This document shows, in pieces, positions 1-11,067 of a DNA stretch of 64,000 bases. Each line of letters starts with the position of its first letter. The stretch's first letter is position 1. The stretch is from Azolla caroliniana. Lineage: Eukaryota > Plantae > Polypodiophyta. The notes below the pieces were generated by a model. The model saw nothing but the letters and a program-made list of their open reading frames with translations. It had not been told where the DNA came from and did not search any database. Where the stretch lies: NCBI GenBank assembly GCA_043228905.1, contig JBHGNT010000012.1:19282001-19346000 (forward strand), given 5' to 3'. The translations under genes and the position numbers were made by a program.

Positions 1-2074
1 AAAGAATGTGTTCCTGCAAGGTGATCTTGAGGAACAAGTGTACATGGCACAATCCCCCGGATTTCTATCCGAACAGAACACTTCGGCAGTTTGTCGATTG
101 AAGAAGTCTTTATACGGACTTAAGCAAGCTCTGCGAGCTTGGAACGCGAAGATTACGCAACGGTTGTGTAGGATGGGGTTCACAACGTCCAAGTCACACT
201 CTTGATTATTTGTTCGGCAAGGTAAACATGGACCGGTTAGCCTTCTACTCTATGTTGACGATTTAGTCATCGTCGGTGCCGACCTAGAAGAAATCCGCCG
301 AGTGAAGTCCCTGCTTGCGGCATCATTCAACATGAAGGATCTTGGCGACCTTCATTACTTCCTCGAGATCGAAGTGATCCATTACCCCGAAGGCATATTG
401 ATCAGCCAACGTCATTACGCACTAAATATGCTCTTTAAGTTCAGGATGGCAGATTGTAAGCCCATCTCGACCCCTCTGGATAGAAATGTAAAGCTTCACC
501 GAGATTCGGGAAAGGCATGCGACACGACACGGTTCCAACGGATTGTCGGAGGCCTAATCTAGTTGACAATCACTCGGTCGGATCTCAGTTACTCAGTCGG
601 CTTGATTAGTCAATTTATGCCGCAACCCACGGCTGAACACTTTCAATGCGTGTAGAGGATATTGCGATATGTTAGCAGCACTAAGGAAATGGCGTTGTTG
701 TATTAGGCAGGCATAGCCGAACAATTAGTTGGCTACACGGATGCCGATTGGGCCGGAAATGCCCATGATCGTAGATCCACATCCGGATACACATTCTCAT
801 TCGGGAGTGCGGCGATCGCATGGAGCAGTAAGAAGCAACCGACAATAGCACTGTCGAGCACAAAGGCCGAATATCGAGGGGTGACTATTGCTATGTGCGA
901 AGTCATTTGGCTGAAACGGCTATTACGGGACCTGCATGTGGAGGTGTCCGATCCGACGATGATCTATTGCGACAACCTCAACAGTATCCACCTTGTGAAA
1001 AACCCTGTATTCCACGCCCGGACCAAGCACATTGAGGTTGCCGACATCTTCACCAAGCCCCTTGGTCTCGATAAGTTATGGCATTTCTTGGGTAAGCTGG
1101 GTTTACATCACCTCGACGTGCCGAACTTGAGGGGGAGACAAGAACAAGAGCGTGAACGTGAAAGGAGCGGTAGTGACCGCGATGCCAAATTGGATGAAGA
1201 ATTTGATTTCGGGCCGGCTGAAGAAGCCGAAGAAGTAAGCAAGGTCCATAACCGCAGGGAAGAGCCGAAGACAACCGAACAAGGGGTAGATAAGGCCAAG
1301 ACCAAGACATGGTCTAACGTTGTCAAGGGCCTAAAGACAGAAGAAGAATTGGAGACAACCAATTCGGATGTAAGCAGAAATGAATCAAGAGTGACCAATT
1401 CAATCGAAATGTTCGATTCGGACATTACGAATCGACTAAGGGCCAAGCAGAAAAAAGGGCAGCGAAAGAGGCGCCAACACCACGACAACAAGGGAGCTGA
1501 GAAAGGCCACATGAGCAGACAAGCTGACCGAAAGGGTCGAGGTGTGCGGAATCAGACGAACCGAAGAGCGCGAGCGAGCGTGAAGCCAGGAGAAGCCGGA
1601 GCGAAGATCCGGAGGAGCACGCAGGACCTCCAATTGAGCTTGAGGGGGAGTGTTCAAATACAAACTCCACATTGGGTGCGTAAACGAGTGCGTAATCCAA
1701 TGCGTAGATTGGGTGTGTAAAACTATACGCACAACATGGCCGTAGCGATGTGTAAACCGAGAGACCATTAGAACTTTATTCCTCGTAAGGAATAATTTTG
1801 GGAGTAAGTGTAGGATGCTCATTTATGAGCGGTCAAGTACTGACAGTACTTATGTCAGCCCAATAGTCATGGCTTGTATAAAAGGTGCTCACTGAGCACG
1901 AAGTATGTACAGAGAACATACAAAGAATTATTTTTGAATATAGTTTTTGTTACTGCTCTCTCTCTGTTTCTCCCTCTCCTTCTCTGTGATTTCTGCGTTT
2001 TACCGAACTGTCATACTTCCGAACTGTGTACCCTGTGTCTTACGCATACGCTTCCGCACACGTATTCTTTTACA
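1..2074 (+). mobile_element. Ty1/copia LTR retrotransposon, 3' part (degenerate RT/RNase H, PPT, 3' LTR)
   Basis: RT motifs FLQGDLEE, LKKSLYGLKQA, YVDD, MKDLGDLHYFL and RNase H motifs IYCDN, NPVFHARTKHIEV, ADIFTKPL, broken by stops. PPT ttgagcttgagggggag at 1634-1650. The 5' part lies outside the window. Confidence 0.93.
1651..2074 (+). repeat. 3' LTR of the first copia (TG...CA, 424 bp)
   Basis: Starts tgttc immediately after the PPT and ends cgtattcttttaca. Its 3' half resembles the LTRs at 21918-22344 and 51852-52278. Confidence 0.85.
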
Positions 2075-3982
2075 GATACAAGTTGTTGTACTTGTGTCCG
2101 CTACCTATTTTCAGGTTTCCATGGCTGATCATCCACGTCGACTCATTGAGAGTCGTTCTGTACTTGTCTTCGGCTAGCATGCCGATGGAGACCAAACTCC
2201 TTTTCAGTGCGGGTACATGCCGGAATTGGTGCAGGACAATTGTGTTGCCATTCGACAATTGAATTGGTACTTCGCCTACTCTAGCAATTTTGCATTCCTT
2301 CCCATTGCCTAGTCGGATTGTGTCGTTGGCGTTGGCCAAATAGTTTGAAAACCATTCGATGTTGGGGGTCATGTGAAATGTGGCACCATAGTCCAGTAAC
2401 AACGTGTGTGAGTCTTGCGCACTGTAGAGGACTTCTCCGATCATCGAGTCCTCTAAGGAGAGCATTTCTCCCCATCGGGTGTCGGCAACATTGACCTGGT
2501 TGCCAACTGGAGAATGGTTCGAAATAGATCACGCCCTCGATTCTGCTCGGATCGCCGACCATTCTCTTTCCTCTTGATCGACCAACAGTCAGAAACATTA
2601 TGGCCGGCTTTTCTGCAGCGGGTGTAAAAATCGTCTAGTCGACTGGTTCTCGACTTCGACCGTTATCGGTCTCCCCACGTTTTTGACCGATTGGTGTTCC
2701 GACCGGTTCTGTCGGCTTGTTCTCTCGATCGACTGAATTTTTCGATGGTGAGTCCCATCGATTTTCGCCGACTGTCCTCTATGAGGACTTGACCGTTTGT
2801 TTCCTATAGATTTAGATTTGATCAGCTATTGGCAAATGTCATGCAGAATACCTCCTAACTCGCCGACAAGTTCGATAGGAGGGCAAGGGCTTTCACTTCT
2901 TCTTCGAAGTTGATCCCTTGTGAGGAGAGTTCAGGCAACATTCGACTAAAGGTGTTGATGTGGGAGGTGGTTGGATCGGTCTCTCTCATCTTCATGTTGA
3001 ATAAATAGTTGTATGATCAATATCAATTTTGAAGATGAGGACTTCTTCTCATACATAGCTTGTAGGTTCTCCCATAGTGAGAACGTTGTCATCCCTTTTG
3101 CCATGCTGAAGTAGACAGTTTCAGCTAGTTGCATCCGAATGGTGGAGCGAGCAATTTCTTCTATTGATATCCACTCTTCGGTTGACATTGAAGCAGGCTT
3201 TTCGCTGTGCCAGATGGCGTCGACCTGTCTTCGAATGATCAACATGTCCTGCATCATCTCCTTCCCTAGGGCAAAGTTTTTCCCGTTGAACTTTCGGATC
3301 TCAACTCCTGTACCGGATGTTGAAGCCATGTTCTTTATGGAAGTGAGATTCACTAACCTGGTATTTTCTCTTTCAGCTTTTTCTCTTGTTTGTTACCGCC
3401 GAACAACAAGTCACTCTAATACCAATTGTTGTTTAGGTGTAAGCGGAAGTGTGTGTGGACCTGTCGAATTTTGCTCAGCAAACAACAATGAAAGAGTGAA
3501 GGCAAGAAGATGAACAGAAGATGGACACGCTCTTAAGCTTTAATGGAAGCTCTGTTATTTTGATCTCTCTCTTTGTAATTCTTTTCTCAGATATTCAAGT
3601 CTGATTCAAGTAGCAATATTACAATGTTAGGTTAGGGCTTATATACTCAACCCCTAACTATTGGATGTGTTCACACTAGTAAGAATACAAAGTGGAGGAG
3701 TTGGCCTTTTTTGCCAACATATTTATACTTATACATAGTATGGGCTATTTACAAATATAGATATTATTATTATCTAATAATAATAATAGTCATTCATCAT
3801 CCGATTGCTCGACTAGTCAATTTGACTAGCCAACTCCTATGTTGATTGTCTAGTCGGTCTTGTCCTTGACTTGGATCATCTACTGTCGACTCTCTCTTAG
3901 TTTACTCTTTCATGTCTTCGATTGTCGGCTCTTACCAGCCCGAATGGTCGGCTCCTCCCACAAGAGGGACATATTCCCAACA
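2075..3982 (-). mobile_element. Ty1/copia element, 5' part (5' LTR, PBS, gag, protease), interrupted by the element at 1-2074
   Basis: Gag EIRKFNGKNFAL (2946-3353), protease LLDYGATFHMT (2070-2465), iMet-type PBS tggtattagagt (minus strand, 3424-3413), LTR 3427-3982 with TG/CA ends. Confidence 0.88.
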
Positions 3983-4386
3983 AATACATGAGAGGTAATG
4001 ATCAAGGCTTGAATTTGACGGGCATATTTTAAAGATGTATGTCATATGACATAAGAGTACAAAAACTAACATGTCATTTGACATACAAGTTTTAATAATG
4101 AAAAGCTCTATATGATGCTTCATTATTATACATTTTATTACTATAGAAAGTACACAAATAAACATAACTACCTTACAAAGATAATGAAATACATAAAATA
4201 AATATTGTGTTAATTCTTTTTAAGCCAAAGCACAAACAAGATATGTATCGATAATCATAATTCATTCTTGCAAAGAGGATACAATAAGCTTCAAACAAAA
4301 AATCGTACCAATTGAATACTTAATCATCACATATTTCTTAAAGCCCCAAAAACACAAAAAAATGTTTATAATTGTGCAACATGTGT

Positions 4387-7300
4387 TCACTTCAATGATA
4401 CCATCCTTCTCTCATTCTCTTCAAGCCAAAGGTTAAATATATCCGTCCAACAAATGTTTGATGTCTCTTGAGCATTCAAGGATATAAACATCAAAGCATC
4501 TAAAGTTTCCAAAGATAAACCATTTCTAATATTATTTTTTATGATATTTTGACGTGAAAAGCCTTGTTCACATGCAGTTGTACTAATAGGAATAGTCCTA
4601 CATAGTTGCCACAATTGCATAATACCCGGAAATAATTGCCACCAAGATTGTGCTTTGCAACAAATATCCCATGCATCATGCATTCCTCTTCCTTTAGCAA
4701 TTGTAACAAGCATACCAACAAAATCTTCTCGTTCATTGAAGCATCTTTTCATGTCAACAATTTGCCTATCAATATTAAACTTCCCAATAAGTTTGTGCAA
4801 CCATTCGTTTGTCTTTTTCTCTCTTTCATTTTCCTCAATGGGATATGAAGATGGATTAAACAACTTGACAACATTGAAAAATGTAACATCCAGGAAACAA
4901 TTGTTTAAGGCATCAATAACATGTTGGACAAAGTCTTTTCCAATGCTAATGCATTCATCCAAACTACCATTTTTCACATTACCATGAAAAATATTCAAGT
5001 TGAAATTACTATCTTCATTCTCACTATCAGGTCCACTCATTAGTTTTCTTTATTGTTTTACTACCTCCTTTGGGTTTGGAATTGGTATAAACTTCAATAG
5101 ATATGAATGAGTAACATTATCACATCCAATATACATATGTGAGTATGTCATCGTTCACATTAGATAGAAAGTTTGCAAGAAACATAGACCGAATACCAAA
5201 TGTTTCTCATGGATGATATCCAAGTGAACACCAAGCATAGTTACATCCATAGATTGACCCATGCATGAAATTCGTAATATTCGTAAAATTCGAGATTCAT
5301 ACAAAATGACCCTAAGAATATTACAAAACCATTCGTTTATTTATTTATTATTTAAAAAAATAATTTTATATATTATATATAAATATATTATTAGTCTAAG
5401 GTCCCCTTATCAAGGTGAGATAAAAATATAAAATTTTGTGAGAATTTTTTATTTATTCCATTTATTTACATTTTTTTTTTTTATTAAAAATTAAAACATA
5501 TACAACTAAGTTTTGATAAATATTATTAGTGTGAGTTCCCCTTTTTAATGTGAAATAAAAATATGAAATTTAGTTTATTTATTTACATTTATTTATTTAT
5601 TTTTCGTTTTATTAAAAAATAAAACAAATACATTTAAGTTTTATATATATTATAAAAATATTATTAGTATGAGGTTCCCTTTTAATAACAAATAAAAATA
5701 TCAATTTTTGTGGGAGAGTAAAGTGGGAAATTAATGAACCTTTTATTTATTATTTGTTATTTTTTTATATTTATTAAAAATAAAACAAATACTTTTAACT
5801 TTTAATTTTTCCATTTATTATATAAAAATATTATTTGTGTAAGCCTCCTTTTTAATGTCAAGTTAAATATCCCATATTTAATGTGAAAGTCTCTTTGTTA
5901 TATGATATATATATATATATATTAGAAACTAAAAAGTAGGAACTCTTTTTTTTTCTTTTTTTTTAACGAATATTTTTCATGTATTCTTATGCGTATTCGT
6001 ATGTATTCGTATGGTAACCCCCACGAATGCGAATATGTCAATCTATGGTTACATCCGTTAATTCCCTTTGGAATTGCTCATTTAATTTATTTAATTGTAC
6101 AAGAATATCTGCCAATAGGTGTAACATAAATTGCACTTGGAATATAGTAACATACTCATACAATTTTTTCTCATGTTTTTCTCATTGTTCTAAAATTGCA
6201 GGCATAAGTGTAAATAGTCTCTCCATTACTTGGCCTCAAGATAACCATCATATGGAGTGAGTTTTAAGCACCTTCAAATCACCCTTACCATGTCGTTTCA
6301 TTATTTCTTTTAGCTCCTTGTGTCTATTAGTTGACTTTTCCAACCAAGAGTATACTTTATTTGCAAATGCATCAAGGAAGCTAAACACATGTGCATGAGA
6401 CGTTATATATGCATATTTTATGGCACGCGCTTCATGATGTGCAATGCAATGCACTCCCAAAATATTAGGCATCATGGCTTGAAACTTAGAAATTGCACCA
6501 TTGTTCTTCCCTATTATAGATGATGCCCCATCATTTGCAAAAGCGACAAGTTCTTTTAAAATCTGAATTGCTCTCCAAAATGATTTCACATTTCACATTT
6601 TCCACCGGAAGAAGTCGCACAAATTTACAATGTGGCTCCCCTTTGCCACCTTCACTTAAGTACAAGACATAAATAATGAGGTGTTTTTCCAATGTATGAT
6701 CGGTGCTTTCTCAATCAAGATGGAGTAAAATGAACTTCCACAAATTTCATCATACAAGGGTTTCCTTGTGTGATTCTTAATGGCCATTAAGAATTCTTTT
6801 GCAGATTTGGCATATTCTTTAGCCTAAGCACCATATTCTTTTGTGGCAGGGACATCCGAAGTACCAAGTTCTTTTTGTAACTTACATTGTTTTACATATT
6901 TCTCTAATGGAATATCATTGCAAGCATGAAAATGAACCAAGTTCATGCATAAAAGTATCCTCTCATATTCTAAATGCATGATTTTTGAAATTTTGTCATC
7001 CATTGGGCCTTTCACATTTGCATTTTCCTTTTGTTTATTTACATGATACATGGCACTTGCTATCACATGATCGAATGACTTTGCATGTTCATTCAATGAA
7101 GACATTTGCATGCTTTGAGATCCACCATCCGTAAAAACATTGTTCTTTCTTGCATCTTCACAACACATGCATTTGATTATATCATCACCTAATAAGGACT
7201 TTGTCACATGATGCCCATGGGTGAAACAAAGTCCGTTGGTTTCTCCACTTTCTTTTTTGTTTATTAGAAGAAGATATTGAACCAATTGCGTTTGTAATCA

Positions 7301-7427
7301 CCTCTTGCTCATTATTTGGTGCATCATTAACATGTGCTGCCTTGCAAAACATACTCTTGATAGACTGTTGGTGTGCTTTGTTCTTTGTTCTTTGTTTTCC
7401 CCCTAAAATTATTGAAATAATAGACAT
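4387..7427 (-). pseudogene. hAT (ZNF862-like) transposase pseudogene
   Basis: Fragments carry C..C...H..H (KCMCCED...EHAKSFDH), DGAS and HCIAH motifs (6248-6589) and the hAT C-terminal dimerisation motif IPISTTACEQGFSRQNIIK (4387-5040). Stops, frameshifts and a MITE insertion disrupt it. Confidence 0.88.
5248..6047. mobile_element. Non-autonomous hAT-type element (MITE-like, 800 bp)
   Basis: Perfect 11-bp TIR catagattgac/gtcaatctatg and perfect 8-bp TSD gttacatc (5240-5247, 6048-6055). AT-rich interior with degenerate ~120-160-bp repeats. Confidence 0.92.
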
Positions 7428-7818
7428 CTAAAAATGTACTAGAAGCATTTCATTTCAATATAATAGAGACAATCAAGTTATTGCTTAGGTAATACAATGA
7501 CAATATTGTATAATAACTTGTTAAATGAACATAATATGATAGATGGTCATGGTAACTCACATTTTTTAAATGTAGTTCAAAAATGTTAAAGGTTGAAGGA
7601 TGTCTTTATTCTATTGCTGCGGCACAAAAACGCTACATAAAACCAATAATTTTTAAGTGGAACAATAACTTGCTACCTAATAGTAAGTACTCACCTTTTT
7701 CCTATACTAATAAGTTATTACTAACCCTAATTTTTTAATAAAGCATAGTAATAAGTATGTATAAAAAAGTAGGTTAGTAAAACATTTAGTTTAAAAAAAC
7801 TTAAAATCAAACCTAGAG

Positions 7819-9426
7819 GTATGGTGGCAGAAACCAAGAACGAACCATCTAGAAAGGTTTTTCGAGTACAATACTACGCTAGGAAGGCAAATCAATGGGT
7901 GCTACTCAAACTCGCAATAGCTAGAGGGATCAAGGCATATCTGATGACTTGTTGAAGTCGTTTTGGAGGAGACTATTGGCGTTCGATATGGCCAGAAAAA
8001 TAAAGCTTTGGTTGTGGCTTCTTAGCCATAAGGCGGTACCTATGGGGGAGTGGTTGAGGTGTTGTGGTGGGGAGGCTGGTTGCAAGATATGTGGACACTC
8101 TTTGGAATCGATTCCTCACTATTTTTGGAATTGCGCAGAGGCGATTAACATTTGGGGTAGAAGTTTCACGATTGTGGTAGCATGCGGTGTGAATGGGAGA
8201 GTTGTATGGGGGTCCTTATAGGGGTTGAAGTTAACAGGAGAAGGCTGGACGGAACAGTTAAACCCCCATGGTCATGGATTTATAGAGCAGGGTGACAATG
8301 TGTTTCAATGTGCAAGATTTCGACTTGGCACAAACTCTGAATTTTTTGAGGAGATGTGGATGATGGTGGCTTGTTTAACAGGTCCAACACTTTTAGACCA
8401 GGCATTGTAAGTTTGTTTTTCAAAGCACAAGCTCCCAAGCGGTGAGGTATTGTTAAACATTTGGTTCGAGTTGGTATCTTGGCTGCGGGGGCGGTACGAT
8501 ATTTGATTAAGGGAGAATCGGATGAAGCAGAAAGAGCTCGGTCAAAGTTTCTACTAAAATGGGACAATTCTCCTATGGTGGTCGGATCATCATCAGGGCC
8601 TAAATGGAACTACTAAGCACCCAGATGGTTGTTTGCGCCAATGGCTTCCATTAGTGACTAGGAGCTGTAAATATGTATAATTGTGCTACAAGGTAGTTAC
8701 CATGTTAAAAGAGTTGTTTAGATACTTTTTTTGTAAAAGAGGGGGTGGGCACTATAATCACTTTGGTGAGAAGACCAAAGTGAGTTTTGGTGAAATTTGT
8801 TGGTCTTTGATGTACTTTGTGTTGGGAAACATGTCCCTCTGAATGGGAAAAGGGAAGAGCCAAGTTGATGAGGAACTCGCCCAAGGCCGAGGCCGAAACC
8901 GAAATCATGTAGATAGCCAACTCGGGAGACTATATCTGTAAATAGCTAAAATAAGCCTATGTGGGCTATACTTGTAAATAGTCTGAAAGTTGTACTAGTA
9001 TATAAGCATCTAGGGCAATCATTATATGGATGATTATCATTTCCGTGAGATAGTGAGTACGGGGAAGTAGTCTCCTTAATAGTGAGAATGCGTGAGAGAG
9101 GGAGTGTGTGAGTAAGTGCAACTCCATAACCGTCTGCTGACGAAGAAGAACTCGAGGTTGTTTCCTTTGAGTTTCTTGTTGTACCCCTCATCATCATAGT
9201 GATCAGTTTTCGGAGCAAGTGGACTCCACGTGGTTTTTCCTAGTTTGGGTTTTTACGCTAAAATCTGTGTGTTCGCTATTTTAGCTATTTTGTTCTTCGG
9301 TTTTCTGCCTGAACGTCTTGCACACGAATATACGAACGGTAACCGGCTGTGGCCGATCACGAGCGCAACACTTTGTTTGCTAACTAATACGAAGTAGTGT
9401 TTTTTTGGGAGAAAAAAATAAATATA
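7819..9426 (+). mobile_element. 5'-truncated LINE (L1-like) remnant with zf-RVT domain
   Basis: KIKLWLWLLSHKAVP...CKICGHSLESIPHYFWNC (7949-8221). A-rich tail near 9410-9426. Candidate TSD aaaatcaaacctagag (7803-7818) versus aaaataaaacctaaag (9427-9442). Confidence 0.72.
8820..9370 (+). mobile_element. Solo LTR (551 bp)
   Basis: tgttg...caaca termini flanked by perfect 5-bp TSD ctttg (8815-8819, 9371-9375). Its start tgttgggaaacatgtccctct resembles the start of the LTR at 3982-3427. Confidence 0.9.
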
Positions 9427-9954
9427 AAAATAAAACCTAAAGTGAGTGATGAGTCTACACTCTAGTATCTTAGAGTATTTAATAAAGGACTAAAAGGTTA
9501 TTGTTTAAAAATTTAAATCGATTTGAGAATTTATATCATGAATCCACGATTCATCATTATAATTTATATGATATTATTTTAAGCGCGTTATGAAAAAAAC
9601 ATATCATATATATTAGAATTTAGTAAATTACACACTTCATACTACATTAGTACATATTGATACTACATAGTATGATAATAGTACATGCTACATACATATA
9701 TGTATTTAAAATTTTATATAACAAAATGTGACATATATATATATATAATATATATGACATAGAAAATAGAATTTTAGCATGCCATTTGACATGTATAATT
9801 TTTAAGGGGCCTTTCACATTAAAAAAGGAGGAATTTATACTTTATATGTCACTACGGACATTTTTATTAGGTGTATGTTTTTTGGACGGGCAAAATGGCC
9901 TTTGTCGGGCACGACACCCGTCAAAATTCCTGCCTTGGTACTAATTATAAAATA

Positions 9955-10232
9955 CATAGTATGAACCATACGTACCATATGTGCATTCTCATTCGCGAAT
10001 GTTTCAATCATTCATTCGGAGTATGGTAAACACCCTTTGAAGTATGGTAAAATACCATACTTTTGTATTCATTATTTAATTATAAGATAAATTTTTATTT
10101 TTAAGGTAAGGAAAAGTTAAAAGGCAAAAATGTGTAAACAAAAAAAAACCAAAAACATAAAGAATGTTTCGATAACATTCGTGTGCATTCGTATGAAAAG
10201 ACGAATGTTTACCAATGCATTCGAGTAGTATG
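9955..10232. mobile_element. Small hAT-type MITE just upstream of the GT34 gene
   Basis: 8-bp direct repeat ataaaata on both sides (9947-9954, 10233-10240), imperfect TIR catagta/tagtatg, and subterminal cattcg/cgaatg motifs as in the 5248-6047 element. Confidence 0.6.
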
Positions 10233-10569
10233 ATAAAATATATGTATGAAGAAAATGTGACACGCAGAAGAAGAAGAAGAGGAAGACCCTTTCTTCCTCT
10301 TGACCAAATTTTTAACAATAATTTGAGAATAATTCTTCTTCTTCTTCTTCTTATTATTATATAGCCTGTCTTTGCCTTTGATTTCTGGCATTTCACAGAC
10401 AGACTGGCAGATAGACAGCCCACCTATAGAGAAGCTTTCATCAGAATCATCCCTCTGATCTGCATTTCTCTTGTTTGGGCCATCGGAGCTTTGATCCTCT
10501 GTTGGGCGGGAGATCCACAAAGAACCTGCTAGTTACCCCAAGATTCTGCTTATCCAAACCTGGCGAAAG

Positions 10570-11006
10570 AAAAGCCCTAATCTTGCGTTACAGGTGAAAA
10601 TTTGCCCTAATCTTGTATCACAGGTGAAAACCTAATATCTCATCAAACAAGTGAAACCCTGATCTTTTTTTATCAAACAGGTGAGAACCCTAGTCATACC
10701 ATACAGGTGAAAACCCTTATCTCTGATCATCACTTGGTGAATCCCTAATCCTATCAGACTGGTGAAAACTCTTGTCCATCGCTATCTATCACTTGGTGAA
10801 ACCTTAATCATATACCAAACAGGTCAAAAAACAATATTATTTAACCATCATTTGGTGAAAGCCTAATACTACTAATTAGGTGAAAACCCTAATCTTTGAT
10901 CATCACTTGGTGAAAATCCCCTATCCTACTAAACAGGTGAGAATCTTATCTTCGATCATCACTTGGGGAAACCCTAATCTTTTGTCAAAGAGGTGAAATC
11001 CTAATT
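10570..11006 (+). repeat. Degenerate minisatellite, about 15 units of ~28-30 bp, consensus core (C)AGGTGAAAACCCTAATCT
   Basis: GGTGA-like cores recur at about 10593, 10623, 10650, 10680, 10706, 10736, 10761, 10795, 10822, 10854, 10879, 10909, 10936, 10965 and 10992, most followed by a telo-box-like AAACCCTAAT. Confidence 0.85.
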
Positions 11007-11067
11007 CTCAAGCATCCAGAAGAAACACGAGAATTTTGGGTTTTCCAACAGATAGAAAGCTTTTCCA

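Larger units (their letters stand above)
4003..9937 (-). mobile_element. hAT-superfamily DNA transposon (degenerate, with nested insertions)
   Basis: Terminal inverted repeats caaggcttgaatttgacggg (from 4003) and cccgtcaaaattcctgccttg (to 9937). Imperfect 8-bp TSD gtaatgat/gtactaat. Internal transposase fragments. Confidence 0.8.

Noticed and set aside
10570-11006. CRISPR-like array or C2H2 zinc-finger linker repeats (the unit can read TGENP)
   Set aside because: The repeats are degenerate, the intervening segments resemble one another and are too short for spacers, there are no cas genes, and the context is eukaryotic. The ~29-bp period is not the 84-bp zinc-finger period and no frame is maintained.
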